Below, in pieces: positions 9,333 through 18,320 of a stretch of 64,000 bases of DNA. The notes below the pieces were generated by a model, which was not told where the DNA came from, made no database searches, and worked only from the letters and a program-made list of their open reading frames with translations. The stretch's first letter is position 1, and every line of letters starts with the position of its first letter. The position numbers were made by a program, and so were the translations under genes. This stretch comes from a virus: UHGV virus genome UHGV-0123226. One strand, given 5' to 3'.

Positions 9333-9797
9333 ATGAAAAGAATACTTGATGCTTGCTGTGGTAGCAGAATGTTTTGGTTTGATAAGCAAAACGAACAAGT
9401 TTTGTTTATGGACAACAGAGAACATTACGAAAAATTAGACAGTGGGCATGTTATCGATGTTAATCCTAATCTAGTTGCAGATTTTAGAAAGATGCCTTTT
9501 GAAGATAACTCGTTTTATCATGTTGTATTTGATCCTCCGCATTTATTGAGGTGTGGTAATAACAGCTGGTTGGCTAAAAAATATGGCAAGCTAAACGAGA
9601 AAACTTGGAAAGAAGATATACAAAAAGGTTTTCATGAGTGTATGAGGGTTTCGAAGCCCAATGGGACGTTAGTTTTTAAATGGAACGAGGAACAAATCAA
9701 GTTATCTGAAATATTAAGCACAATTGATTGTGAGCCATTGTACGGCAATAAAAGAGCAAAAACACATTGGTTAGTATTTATGAAAGCGGGTGAATAA
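9333..9797 (+). CDS. orphan DNA methyltransferase (N6-adenine/N4-cytosine class)
   Basis: SAM-binding N-terminus ILDACCGSRMFWF and catalytic DPPH (DPP[YFWH]) motif. No adjacent restriction gene. Confidence 0.6.
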   Translation: MKRILDACCGSRMFWFDKQNEQVLFMDNREHYEKLDSGHVIDVNPNLVADFRKMPFEDNSFYHVVFDPPHLLRCGNNSWLAKKYGKLNEKTWKEDIQKGFHECMRVSKPNGTLVFKWNEEQIKLSEILSTIDCEPLYGNKRAKTHWLVFMKAGE

Positions 9798-10119
9798 GAT
9801 GAATGAGCAAATAAATTTGCTTGAGTTAGATAATGATAAACTTTGGCAATTTTATGGGCATTATTGTAATGACGATTGGTCCGCTAAGACAGAGACCGTG
9901 AATGGTGATGCTGATATAGTGCTAGGTTTTAGAGTTAAACTATCGAAAAATGAGCTGAGAAAAATATGCAGAGATGCCATTGAAATAAGCAGAATTAAGT
10001 ATGGATATTCTGTCAGGTTTTTAACAAATAATGTAAAGAAAGAGCTGTTCGTTCGTTTTGACAACTACACGACTAGTAAAAAAAGAGATGTCTTTGAACA
10101 TATAAATTTATATTTTTAA
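9790..10119 (+). CDS. hypothetical protein
   Basis: 109-aa ORF overlapping the upstream stop. Confidence 0.4.
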   Translation: MNKMNEQINLLELDNDKLWQFYGHYCNDDWSAKTETVNGDADIVLGFRVKLSKNELRKICRDAIEISRIKYGYSVRFLTNNVKKELFVRFDNYTTSKKRDVFEHINLYF

Positions 10120-10130
10120 GCGGAAAGCGA

Positions 10131-10547
10131 GTGAAGAAGATGATTCCAAAGTTTAGAGCGTGGGATAAGAAATATAAAAAAATGATGAAAGTTAATCAAA
10201 TTGACTTTGAGAAAAAAACAGTTTGGCTTGAGGCTGATAATGGAGATCATGAGAATAGGCATACGTTGACACGAGAATTTAAAGATGTGATCCTCATGCA
10301 ATCAACAGGCTTGAAAGACAAGAACGGCGTTGAAATTTTTGAGGGTGATATTGTTCAGTATCGAGATGGAGAATATAGCTACCTAGGTATCGTTAAAAGA
10401 GACTGTTATCAATTTTTTATCGATGGAATAGAACCAGATGACAACTATGATTTTATTGATGTTTCTAATACTTTTGATGGAACTAGTTCTTTAGAAATAC
10501 TCGGAAATATTCACGAGAACCCGGAGCTATTGGAGGTCGCAGAATGA
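10131..10547 (+). CDS. YopX-family phage protein
   Basis: N-terminus MIPKFRAWDKKYKKMM and C-terminal IEILGNIHENPELLE match YopX family hallmarks. Confidence 0.65.
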   Translation: MKKMIPKFRAWDKKYKKMMKVNQIDFEKKTVWLEADNGDHENRHTLTREFKDVILMQSTGLKDKNGVEIFEGDIVQYRDGEYSYLGIVKRDCYQFFIDGIEPDDNYDFIDVSNTFDGTSSLEILGNIHENPELLEVAE

Positions 10548-10701
10548 GCTTTAAAGAAGCTTTCAAAGATGAATATATTGAAATTGACATAAGTAATAAC
10601 GAAGAAGCAAAAGCTTTCTTTGAAGAAAATGTATATAAAAGGGAAAGAGAAATATTAAAGAAGTCAGAGGGCTTGTTTAAATGTATTGAGGAGGAAGCGG
10701 A

Positions 10702-10962
10702 ATGAGTTATGAAAATTACAAAAATTGTGTTGAAGAGGTAAAAGACAAGAACGGTAAAGTAATTAAATATCATGACGTTGTTCGAACGTTACGAGGTGAA
10801 ATTTTATTAGTCGGTTTTGGAGTAAATCACCATCATAAAACAAAAGGTTTGAATGCCTTTAATAATTTTATTGGTGCTCATGATTGGTTAGATGTTTACC
10901 CAGATGGAGAATTAGAAATCCTAGGAAATGTTGACTTTTTTGGGAGGGGCAGCGATGAATAA
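10702..10962 (+). CDS. hypothetical protein
   Basis: 86-aa ORF with RBS gaggaggaagcggaATG. Confidence 0.4.
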   Translation: MSYENYKNCVEEVKDKNGKVIKYHDVVRTLRGEILLVGFGVNHHHKTKGLNAFNNFIGAHDWLDVYPDGELEILGNVDFFGRGSDE

Positions 10963-11527
10963 ACAAGAAAAAGAAGATTTAATTCAAGCGCTCTATGATA
11001 TCGGAGGCTGCGATGCAGAAGATGAATGGTCAAGAGGTTATGACGATGGAGTAAATGCAGCAATTGAGGTCATAAAAGAACTCAAAGTACAGGGAAAAGT
11101 CATATTTTCACATGAAGAGAAATTTGTGGCAGATTGGCTTGATGGTTTAAGAGGCCAAATCAGTAATGTTAAGTTAAATTCTGGTGCTGTTTTCATGACG
11201 TTCATCGGCAGACAGTTAGAGCGGTACTATGATGAAGAATACTCGTTTTTAACTGAAAAAATAGAGAGCTGGCTTACAGTTCCAAAAAATAAAGTAAAAC
11301 TAATGAGCGCCATTGATAACGGCTACGAAGTCGAGAAAGAACAGTTGTATAAAGTAGTTATTGACCATAAATATTTAGTGCAACTTTTTAGTGGTAGAAC
11401 TGATGCTAGACTTGTTGAGTATGAAGAACTAACAAATTGGCACGATTCAGCATATAAACTTACTGAATCAGTAATCAAAGCAATTGATGAGCGCTATTGG
11501 GTGTTTGCTGTGAAGGTGGAGGGATAA
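10928..11527 (+). CDS. hypothetical protein (start probably at the internal Met around 10955)
   Basis: 199-aa ORF. Confidence 0.4.
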   Translation: MLTFLGGAAMNKQEKEDLIQALYDIGGCDAEDEWSRGYDDGVNAAIEVIKELKVQGKVIFSHEEKFVADWLDGLRGQISNVKLNSGAVFMTFIGRQLERYYDEEYSFLTEKIESWLTVPKNKVKLMSAIDNGYEVEKEQLYKVVIDHKYLVQLFSGRTDARLVEYEELTNWHDSAYKLTESVIKAIDERYWVFAVKVEG

Positions 11528-11530
11528 TAA

Positions 11531-11731
11531 ATGGAAAAATCAAAAAGTTTGATCATATGGCTACCGACTGGTGAAACAATGAAGTTTGAAGATGTTAGGC
11601 ATGTTGAAACAGTTACAACTGATTTAGAATGGGATGTTTTAAAATTTAATTATCTAGGTATTTCAACTGGAGTAAGACGAAATGTAGTATTTGAAATGAG
11701 TAAATTAATGGGATGGGCATTGGAAGAATAA
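11531..11731 (+). CDS. hypothetical protein
   Basis: 66-aa ORF. Confidence 0.35.
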   Translation: MEKSKSLIIWLPTGETMKFEDVRHVETVTTDLEWDVLKFNYLGISTGVRRNVVFEMSKLMGWALEE

Positions 11732-11751
11732 TAAATGATAGTATAAAAAAA

Positions 11752-11773
11752 CTACCTAGTTTCCGCTAGGTAG
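11752..11773 (+). promoter_or_regulatory. hairpin 1 of a trio with conserved loop TTTCCGC
   Basis: ctacctag-TTTCCG-ctaggtag, perfect 8-bp stem. Confidence 0.55.
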
Positions 11774-11912
11774 TTCTGTAAGAAATAATATTAAGTTTAT
11801 TTTTTATAGTATTTTTATACCAAACCCATTATAAAAAATCAAGTATAAAAAAGCCAACCGACCACTGGTTGACTAAAACCATATTAGTGATGAATATTCT
11901 ACCAGATAAATA

Positions 11913-11936
11913 GCCAGTCGTTTTCCGCCGACTGGC
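11913..11936 (+). promoter_or_regulatory. hairpin 2 with loop TTTTCCGC
   Basis: gccagtcg-TTTTCCGC-cgactggc, perfect 8-bp stem. Confidence 0.55.
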
Positions 11937-12043
11937 TGAGAAGTGAATAACTATTGGAATATTATTCTTAATATAATTAATATCATAAGTAATGGTTAAA
12001 TAGCAAAGAATAAGCTTTCATTTGTATATTTGCATAAATTAAA

Positions 12044-12073
12044 GGAGTTACTCAGTTTCCGCTAAGTAACTCC
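12044..12073 (+). promoter_or_regulatory. hairpin 3 with loop cAGTTTCCGCTa
   Basis: ggagttact-cAGTTTCCGCTa-agtaactcc, 9-bp stem. Different stems but the same loop core as hairpins 1 and 2. Confidence 0.55.
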
Positions 12074-12127
12074 TAATGATGGTATGTTTCACATAAAATA
12101 TTATACCATATAGGAGGAGTCAAGGCT

Positions 12128-12619
12128 ATGACGTTGGTACCAGAAATAGATTACAAAAAAACAAAAGATAAAGTTCGTAGATTATTAAAAAATTGTCGAA
12201 GCCTACAACGAATGAGTGGTGTAAAAGTACATTTGCAATCTCCTATATTATCTGATATGCCGCGACACCATAGTAACAGAAATAATGCTGAGGAAAGTAT
12301 GGTTCATTTATTTAGATACACGTCTAAGTTATCAATAGAGGCAGCTAGACAACGTAGAGAGCAAGTCAGAGCGATAGAGCATACGTTAAAATCGTTGCCT
12401 GATGTCTCGAGAGAAATATTATACTATTCATATTGTGTACCGAATCCATACAGCATGGCTAAGTTGAGTAGAACAATAAAAGTATATCGTGAAAACGAGT
12501 TTGGCCAAGTGGAAGAAATAAGCTATAGCATTAAAAATATTGAAAAGCTGAAAGACAATGCGTTAATTGAATTTGCGGAAGCCTACCATTACGAAAATTT
12601 GATAGTTCAAAAAAATTAG
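12128..12619 (+). CDS. arpU: ArpU-family late-gene transcriptional regulator
   Basis: 163 aa; position immediately upstream of the packaging genes; N-terminal sequence typical of ArpU-like regulators of Enterococcus/Listeria phages. Confidence 0.55.
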   Translation: MTLVPEIDYKKTKDKVRRLLKNCRSLQRMSGVKVHLQSPILSDMPRHHSNRNNAEESMVHLFRYTSKLSIEAARQRREQVRAIEHTLKSLPDVSREILYYSYCVPNPYSMAKLSRTIKVYRENEFGQVEEISYSIKNIEKLKDNALIEFAEAYHYENLIVQKN

Positions 12620-13404
12620 GGTTTTTTTAGGGATTATTTAGGGTTTTTAACTCGAAATCCGTTGTATTATGGTAGTATCAAAAGTCAAAGAAATGGACAC
12701 AGTACACACTTTCTCGTTTAGTCACCGTTCACTTTGTCTTTCGATGGTCACTTGCAGACTTACGTTCTCAATAAAATGAAGTGAGGTGAATAACCTCCTC
12801 TTTTTTCTACAGGTTTGCAAGGGACACAAATAGTTGCTAGGGATGCAGTAGTAACTACCTGATTCATACTAGTCGAGGTTAGGTATATTGCTCTATCCCA
12901 TCATATGACGATAAGAACATTAACCAGATCTCTGCGGCAGCTGCTTACGCACGAGAGCAATTCCTAAACTCATAGAGTAGCAGCTAGGTACGTTTAGGAT
13001 AAACTTAATCAATTGTTTTTGCTGGTGTTTGATTGATTGGTCACTGTGGTGGAATATAGACCTTACAAGGTGCAAATCCTTGCCAGTGACATAATCATTT
13101 TAGCCGTGAAAGTCTGCGAAAGCTACATCCTGAAGGGAAAACATTCTGACGAGAGTGTGTAAAGGTTAATTTGATTTATTAGCAATTGCTAGAAGGTCGC
13201 TCCTTCTGGTTTGGCGTGTAGCATTGTGGTAATGCAACTGATTACGTGTGAGATAAGATGCGGGTTCGAATCCTGTCACGCCAATAGGTAGCATAGCTAC
13301 TTAAATAAATTAGGAAACGTCAATAGATGTTTCTATCCTTCACGAGAGGCATCCACTTGCTGGGTGTCTCTTTTTATACATAAAATTACATAGGAGGTGA
13401 GGTC
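12620..13404 (+). other. 785-bp GC-enriched non-coding region between arpU and terS (candidate structured RNA and/or cos region)
   Basis: No ORF of 60 aa or longer on either strand; GC visibly higher than the flanks; contains TTAGGGTTTTT x2 (12617-12650) and a tRNA-like 3' half (13212-13284). Confidence 0.4.
13212..13284 (+). ncRNA. tRNA-like element (acceptor stem, D-arm and T-arm present; no canonical anticodon stem)
   Basis: tggcgtg...cacgcca acceptor pairing; D-arm gcat-tgtggta-atgc; T-arm gcggg-TTCGAAT-cctgt. I could not fold the middle 23 nt into an anticodon stem. Confidence 0.3.
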
Positions 13405-14178
13405 ATGGCAAAGTACACAGAGTGGCTGACTGACGAAGGGTTAATTAAAATCGAAGGGTGGGCGCGAGATGGCCTCATCGATAAGCAGATAGCCCAAAAT
13501 ATCGGGGTAGCTTATTCAACTTTCAGAGAATGGGTAAAAAAATTTCCAGCACTTTCGGCATCCTTAAAAAGAGGAAAAGAAGTTGTTGATAGACAAGTTG
13601 AAAATGCTTTGTTTAAAAGTGCTATAGGATACGAATACACTGAAATTACTAAAGAAAGAATGGCAGATAACGGGCAAAAGAAACGACATAATGGTGAATC
13701 ATCTTTGACAGAAGAAGAGTGGGAAACAGCACTTGCTTATTTTAATTACAGTTGTGCATATTGTGGTAATTCAGATGAGATGACTAAAGACCATCTTGAC
13801 CCATTAAAAAATGGCGGCGAGTTGACTTTTTCAAATGTAGTTCCTGCATGTCGTTCTTGTAATTCAAGCAAAAAGGATCATCAATGGCTTTCGTGGTATC
13901 AAAACCAAGACTTTTACGACAGATACAAAGCAAATAAAATCACTGATTATATATCATTCGTGTTAAGCTTTCCGAAAAAAGAAGAAAACACAGAGCTAGT
14001 TGTTACAAAAGAAATAACTAAATTGGTAGCCCCTAATCCAACTGCGGCTATTTTCTGGTTAAAAAACAGAAAACCAGACAAATGGAGAGATCGAAGAGAA
14101 ACCGAGGTTTCAGGATTGCTTAATATTTCCGATGCAGCAGTCGAAATCGAGCAATTTTTCGAGGATGATTCTACATGA
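13405..14178 (+). CDS. terS: terminase small subunit with an in-frame inserted HNH endonuclease domain
   Basis: N-terminal TerS HTH (IAQNIGVAYSTFREWVKK...ALSASLKRGKE...ENALFKSAIGYEYTE) and C-terminal TerS signature (VVTKEITKLVAPNPTAAIFWLKNRKPDKWRD), separated by about 105 aa of HNH (CAYCG...HLDPL...N....C..CN..K). Confidence 0.7.
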   Translation: MAKYTEWLTDEGLIKIEGWARDGLIDKQIAQNIGVAYSTFREWVKKFPALSASLKRGKEVVDRQVENALFKSAIGYEYTEITKERMADNGQKKRHNGESSLTEEEWETALAYFNYSCAYCGNSDEMTKDHLDPLKNGGELTFSNVVPACRSCNSSKKDHQWLSWYQNQDFYDRYKANKITDYISFVLSFPKKEENTELVVTKEITKLVAPNPTAAIFWLKNRKPDKWRDRRETEVSGLLNISDAAVEIEQFFEDDST

Positions 14179-15467
14179 GCCCTAAAAAGCGAAAATATTT
14201 GAACTTAATCAAAACGAACCCGGTAATTTTTGGAAATTTAGTTGGGTTTACCGACTTAGCAGAACTGCACAATGATTGGTTAAAGTCTTTTTTGTTCGAG
14301 AAAGACGATCAAACACTATTGGCTCATCGTGGCTCATTTAAAACAACTACATTGGCGATTGCTATTGCATTGTTGATGGTTCTTTTTCCCAATAAAAATA
14401 TTATCTTCTTACGTAAGACCGATACAGACGTCGTAGAGATTATTTTACAAGTGGCTAAGGTTTTATCTAGCAAATACTTTAAAACGCTTGTATTTGCATT
14501 ATATGGTGTTGAATTGGTGCTTTTGAAAGAGACTACAACAGAAATAGATACCAACTTAAAAACATCTACCCGGGGAACATCTCAATTACTTGGTATGGGG
14601 ATTTATGCTTCATTAACAGGTAAACACGCGGATATCGTTATCACTGATGATATTGTTAACATTAAAGACCGAGTAAGTCGTGCTGAACGAGAGAGGACGA
14701 AACTTCAGTATCAAGAATTGCAGAATGTTAAAAATCGCGGTGGTCGTTTTATTAACACAGGTACACCATGGCACAAAGAAGACGCTATATCTAAAATGCC
14801 TAACGTTAAGAAATTCGATTGTTACGAAACAGGATTAATTGACAAAGAACAACGTCAAGCATTGCAACAAGCGATGACACCATCATTATTTGCGGCAAAC
14901 TATGAGCTAAAACATATCGCTGACAGTGAATCGCTATTTACTGCGCCAACCTATACCGACAGCATTAATCTTATTTATAACGGTGTAGCACACGTCGATG
15001 CGGCTTATGGTGGCGATGACAGCACAGCCTTTACCATCTTCAAAGAACAAAAGGATGGAACAATTATTGGATATGGTAGAAAGTGGCAGAAACATGTGGA
15101 TGATTGCTTGCCTGAAATTTTGCGACTGCATCAACACTACCAGGCAGGAACTTTCCACACAGAAACGAACGGAGACAAAGGGTACTTAGCTAAGAATTTA
15201 CGTGAGTGCGGTCAGTTTGTTACTGAATATCATGAATCTATGAATAAATTTATTAAAATATCTACTTATTTGCGTAAGTACTGGCACTTGATTATTTGGT
15301 TAGAAGATACAGATAAAGAGTACATTGCCGAAATTTTGGACTATACAGAAAATGCAGAACATGACGATGCACCAGACAGCGCGGCCAGTCTCCTTAGGAC
15401 CTTAAGCTTGAAGAATCCACAATCATTAGAGGAACGTATGGACGCTGCCAAGTTCTTCTTTGGATAA
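14175..15467 (+). CDS. terL: terminase large subunit
   Basis: 430 aa, overlaps the terS stop; ATPase N-domain and nuclease C-domain (acidic residues), position. Confidence 0.75.
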   Translation: MSPKKRKYLNLIKTNPVIFGNLVGFTDLAELHNDWLKSFLFEKDDQTLLAHRGSFKTTTLAIAIALLMVLFPNKNIIFLRKTDTDVVEIILQVAKVLSSKYFKTLVFALYGVELVLLKETTTEIDTNLKTSTRGTSQLLGMGIYASLTGKHADIVITDDIVNIKDRVSRAERERTKLQYQELQNVKNRGGRFINTGTPWHKEDAISKMPNVKKFDCYETGLIDKEQRQALQQAMTPSLFAANYELKHIADSESLFTAPTYTDSINLIYNGVAHVDAAYGGDDSTAFTIFKEQKDGTIIGYGRKWQKHVDDCLPEILRLHQHYQAGTFHTETNGDKGYLAKNLRECGQFVTEYHESMNKFIKISTYLRKYWHLIIWLEDTDKEYIAEILDYTENAEHDDAPDSAASLLRTLSLKNPQSLEERMDAAKFFFG

Positions 15468-17043
15468 AGAAAGGGATGAAAAAGTGAATAAAAAGAATGA
15501 AGTAACGTTTTTAAGAAATCACAGGTATCATAAAAATGCGAATGCGGTTTTTAGAATGGCACAGGAAGATTTTGAAAGCCTAGAATTTGATAGTGAAACA
15601 TGGATTACTCAACTAAAAAGATTTGTTAATCGACATCTTGCTGAACAAGTGCCACGTTTAAAAGAGCTTAAACGCTATTACTTAGCAGATAATAACATCA
15701 AATATCGTCCTCCAAAAACTGATGAATACGCTGCCGACAATAGAATAGCAAGTGATTTTGCTAGATATATCACTATTTTTGAGCAAGGCTATATGTTGGG
15801 ACAGCCGGTCCAGTACAAAAATGAAAATGATGAACTGCAAGAAAAAATCGATGACTTCAATAAGCAAAACAACGAAGCCTATCACAACGTACTTATCAAA
15901 ACCGATTTGTCAATCTATGGCAGAGCCTACGAGTTGGAAACAATTGCTTTACAAGATGAACAAGCGTTTGTAAAACTAGTTAAATTAAACCCAGAGCAGA
16001 CATTCATTGTATATGATGATACGACTGACAGTAATTCTTTATTTGGTGTTTATTATTATTCAATAGATTATGGCGATGGGGTGCGTAAGGATTTTATAAA
16101 CGTTTATACATCTGACATGTTATACATCTATGTCAATGACAACCAGAATAAAAAGGGATTGACATTATTAGACTTTGAAGATTATGCGTTTAATGGCGTA
16201 CCTATTAATGAATTCGCAAATAATGAAGACCGTACAGGTGCATACGAACCTGTTTTAGATTCAATTGATGCTTATGATTTGTCTCAATCTGAGTTAGCTA
16301 ATTATCAGCAGGACACAATGGACGCTATTTTGCTTATCAAAGGAAATCCATACACAGGGACTGCTCAAAATGACTTAGATGAAGATGGTAATATTGTTCC
16401 TAATTCACGGTTAGCTGTTTCTTTAGCTTTCAAAAAAGCACGAATAATGATTTTAGATGATAATCCAAATCCAAACGGATCAGAACCTGATGCAAAATAT
16501 CTCATAAAAGAATATGACTCAGAAGGTGCAGAGACTTATAAGAAAAGATTGGTTAATGATATTTTACGATTTACTTTTACACCAGATACATTGGATGCCA
16601 ATTTCAGTGGTACACAATCAGGTGAGAGTATGAAATACAAGTTAATGGCTGCGGATAATCGGCGGGTTATGCAACAGCGCTTATTTGAAAAAGGTTTGAT
16701 GAGACGATTGCGCCTAGCTATTAATATTTGGCAAATAAAAGGGAACGATTCAACAGCTTACAATGATATTAATAATACGAATATTATATTTACTGCGAAT
16801 GTTCCTAAATCAGATAACGAGATTGTTTCATTAGCTAGTCAATTAGTTGGACAAGTTTCAGATGAAACACTATTTGAAATATTGTCTACAGTAACGGGTG
16901 TCAATCCCGATGTCGAACTAAAACGTATTAAGGAAGAAACAAATGATAAGCCAGAACCACGAAGGCCTGAAGTGAATAAGAATGAAATGGGGAATGAAGA
17001 CGATGAACGAGAAGCAGCTAAAAGAATTAATGAAGATGAATGA
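15460..17043 (+). CDS. portal protein (SPP1 gp6-like)
   Basis: 527 aa, TTG start overlapping the terL stop; size and position; acidic C-terminus. Confidence 0.75.
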   Translation: MDKERDEKVNKKNEVTFLRNHRYHKNANAVFRMAQEDFESLEFDSETWITQLKRFVNRHLAEQVPRLKELKRYYLADNNIKYRPPKTDEYAADNRIASDFARYITIFEQGYMLGQPVQYKNENDELQEKIDDFNKQNNEAYHNVLIKTDLSIYGRAYELETIALQDEQAFVKLVKLNPEQTFIVYDDTTDSNSLFGVYYYSIDYGDGVRKDFINVYTSDMLYIYVNDNQNKKGLTLLDFEDYAFNGVPINEFANNEDRTGAYEPVLDSIDAYDLSQSELANYQQDTMDAILLIKGNPYTGTAQNDLDEDGNIVPNSRLAVSLAFKKARIMILDDNPNPNGSEPDAKYLIKEYDSEGAETYKKRLVNDILRFTFTPDTLDANFSGTQSGESMKYKLMAADNRRVMQQRLFEKGLMRRLRLAINIWQIKGNDSTAYNDINNTNIIFTANVPKSDNEIVSLASQLVGQVSDETLFEILSTVTGVNPDVELKRIKEETNDKPEPRRPEVNKNEMGNEDDEREAAKRINEDE

Positions 17044-17206
17044 GAATAATCAAACACTTGAAGCTACATTTTTCGAAACGCAAAGAAGTTTAGAATTTAT
17101 TGCTAAGCAAGGGAAATATCTTTTTGATAAATGTTTAGATGAGGGGTTTAATGAAAATCAGGCTTTAAGATTCACTATTGGCATTCTGACTGGCGTTTCA
17201 AATTAA
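17003..17206 (+). CDS. small hypothetical protein overlapping the portal 3' end
   Basis: Internal Met of the 16982-17206 ORF (MNEKQLKELMK...). Confidence 0.3.
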   Translation: MNEKQLKELMKMNENNQTLEATFFETQRSLEFIAKQGKYLFDKCLDEGFNENQALRFTIGILTGVSN

Positions 17207-17218
17207 GGGGCTGATTGA

Positions 17219-18121
17219 ATGACTTCACAGCAATATTGGATAAAGCGTATGGATGAAATCATGGCTTACGTTGATAAAACGGATTTAGATTTCTTCGATG
17301 AATTACAATCTATATACACAGAAAATCGCCAGAGCATCCAGAAAGAGATTTATAAATTTTATGCTCAGTATGCTAAAGAAAATAAAATCTCTATGCAAGA
17401 AGCAAAAAAACGGCTCATGAGGGAGGACTTAAGTGATTATCGAGAGAATGCTAAAAAATATTTCAAAGCGGCTAAAAAAGACCCGGAATTATTGAAACGC
17501 TTAAATGAACAATATAGAGCCGGAAAAGTCACTCGATTAGAGGCATTACAGCTAGACTTGCTTTATCAATTAGGTGTGATGCGCGGTGATCTTGAACAAT
17601 CATTTAATGACTATTTGAAAGAAGTCGCGAAGTACGCATATAGAAAAATATCTGGTGGAAATTCTGCGAGTACTTTAAATCTACCTGCCTTAGAACAATT
17701 AGTGAATACTCCATTCAATGGAAAAAACTATTCGCAAAGCATTTGGGGAAATGTAGATGATTTAGCTAATGACTTGAGGAATACTTTAGTTAAAGGATTT
17801 GTTAGAGGATTGGGTCCTGCTGAAATGGCAAGGGAGTTAAGGAAAAAATACAATGTAGCGCGTTCAAGAGCTGAAGCGATCATTCGTACAGACGGAACGA
17901 ATATTATCAATAATGCTACGGCAAAACGCTATATAGATGCTGGTTTCACTGAATATGAATACCTTGCTCATATTGACAATCGCACTACTGAAATATGCAA
18001 AGGTCTAAACGGTGACGTCTTTAAATTAGCAGATTTTCAACCTGGTCTAAATGCACCACCGATGCACGTGAATTGTCGAAGTACGATCGTTCCAAGTAAA
18101 AAAGAATTGAGGGATGTTTAA
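17219..18121 (+). CDS. minor head / head morphogenesis protein (SPP1 gp7 family)
   Basis: 300 aa, follows portal; conserved C-terminal ...HVNCRSTIVP motif of the gp7 family. Confidence 0.7.
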   Translation: MTSQQYWIKRMDEIMAYVDKTDLDFFDELQSIYTENRQSIQKEIYKFYAQYAKENKISMQEAKKRLMREDLSDYRENAKKYFKAAKKDPELLKRLNEQYRAGKVTRLEALQLDLLYQLGVMRGDLEQSFNDYLKEVAKYAYRKISGGNSASTLNLPALEQLVNTPFNGKNYSQSIWGNVDDLANDLRNTLVKGFVRGLGPAEMARELRKKYNVARSRAEAIIRTDGTNIINNATAKRYIDAGFTEYEYLAHIDNRTTEICKGLNGDVFKLADFQPGLNAPPMHVNCRSTIVPSKKELRDV

Positions 18122-18320
18122 AATGTTGCTAAGATTTATTGCTTTAATTATTGGCATGCCTTTCTTAGGGTTTTCACTAGCAATAACGATTATGCTGATT
18201 AAGACAGGAATTCATTACGAACAAAAAGAAGTACCACCAGATCCATATGATTACCTTGACTCTGATTATGAAGAGCATTTGAGAAAGGAAAATAGTAATG
18301 AAAGAAAAAGCAAAAGTTAA
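18114..18320 (+). CDS. small membrane protein
   Basis: 68 aa with an N-terminal TM helix (LLRFIALIIGMPFLGFSLAITIMLI). Confidence 0.4.
   Translation: MFKMLLRFIALIIGMPFLGFSLAITIMLIKTGIHYEQKEVPPDPYDYLDSDYEEHLRKENSNERKSKS

Noticed and set aside
13212-13284. Called as a bona fide phage tRNA gene
   Set aside because: Acceptor, D-arm and T-arm are present but I cannot fold a canonical 5-7-5 anticodon arm from the middle 23 nt. It is kept only as a tRNA-like element.
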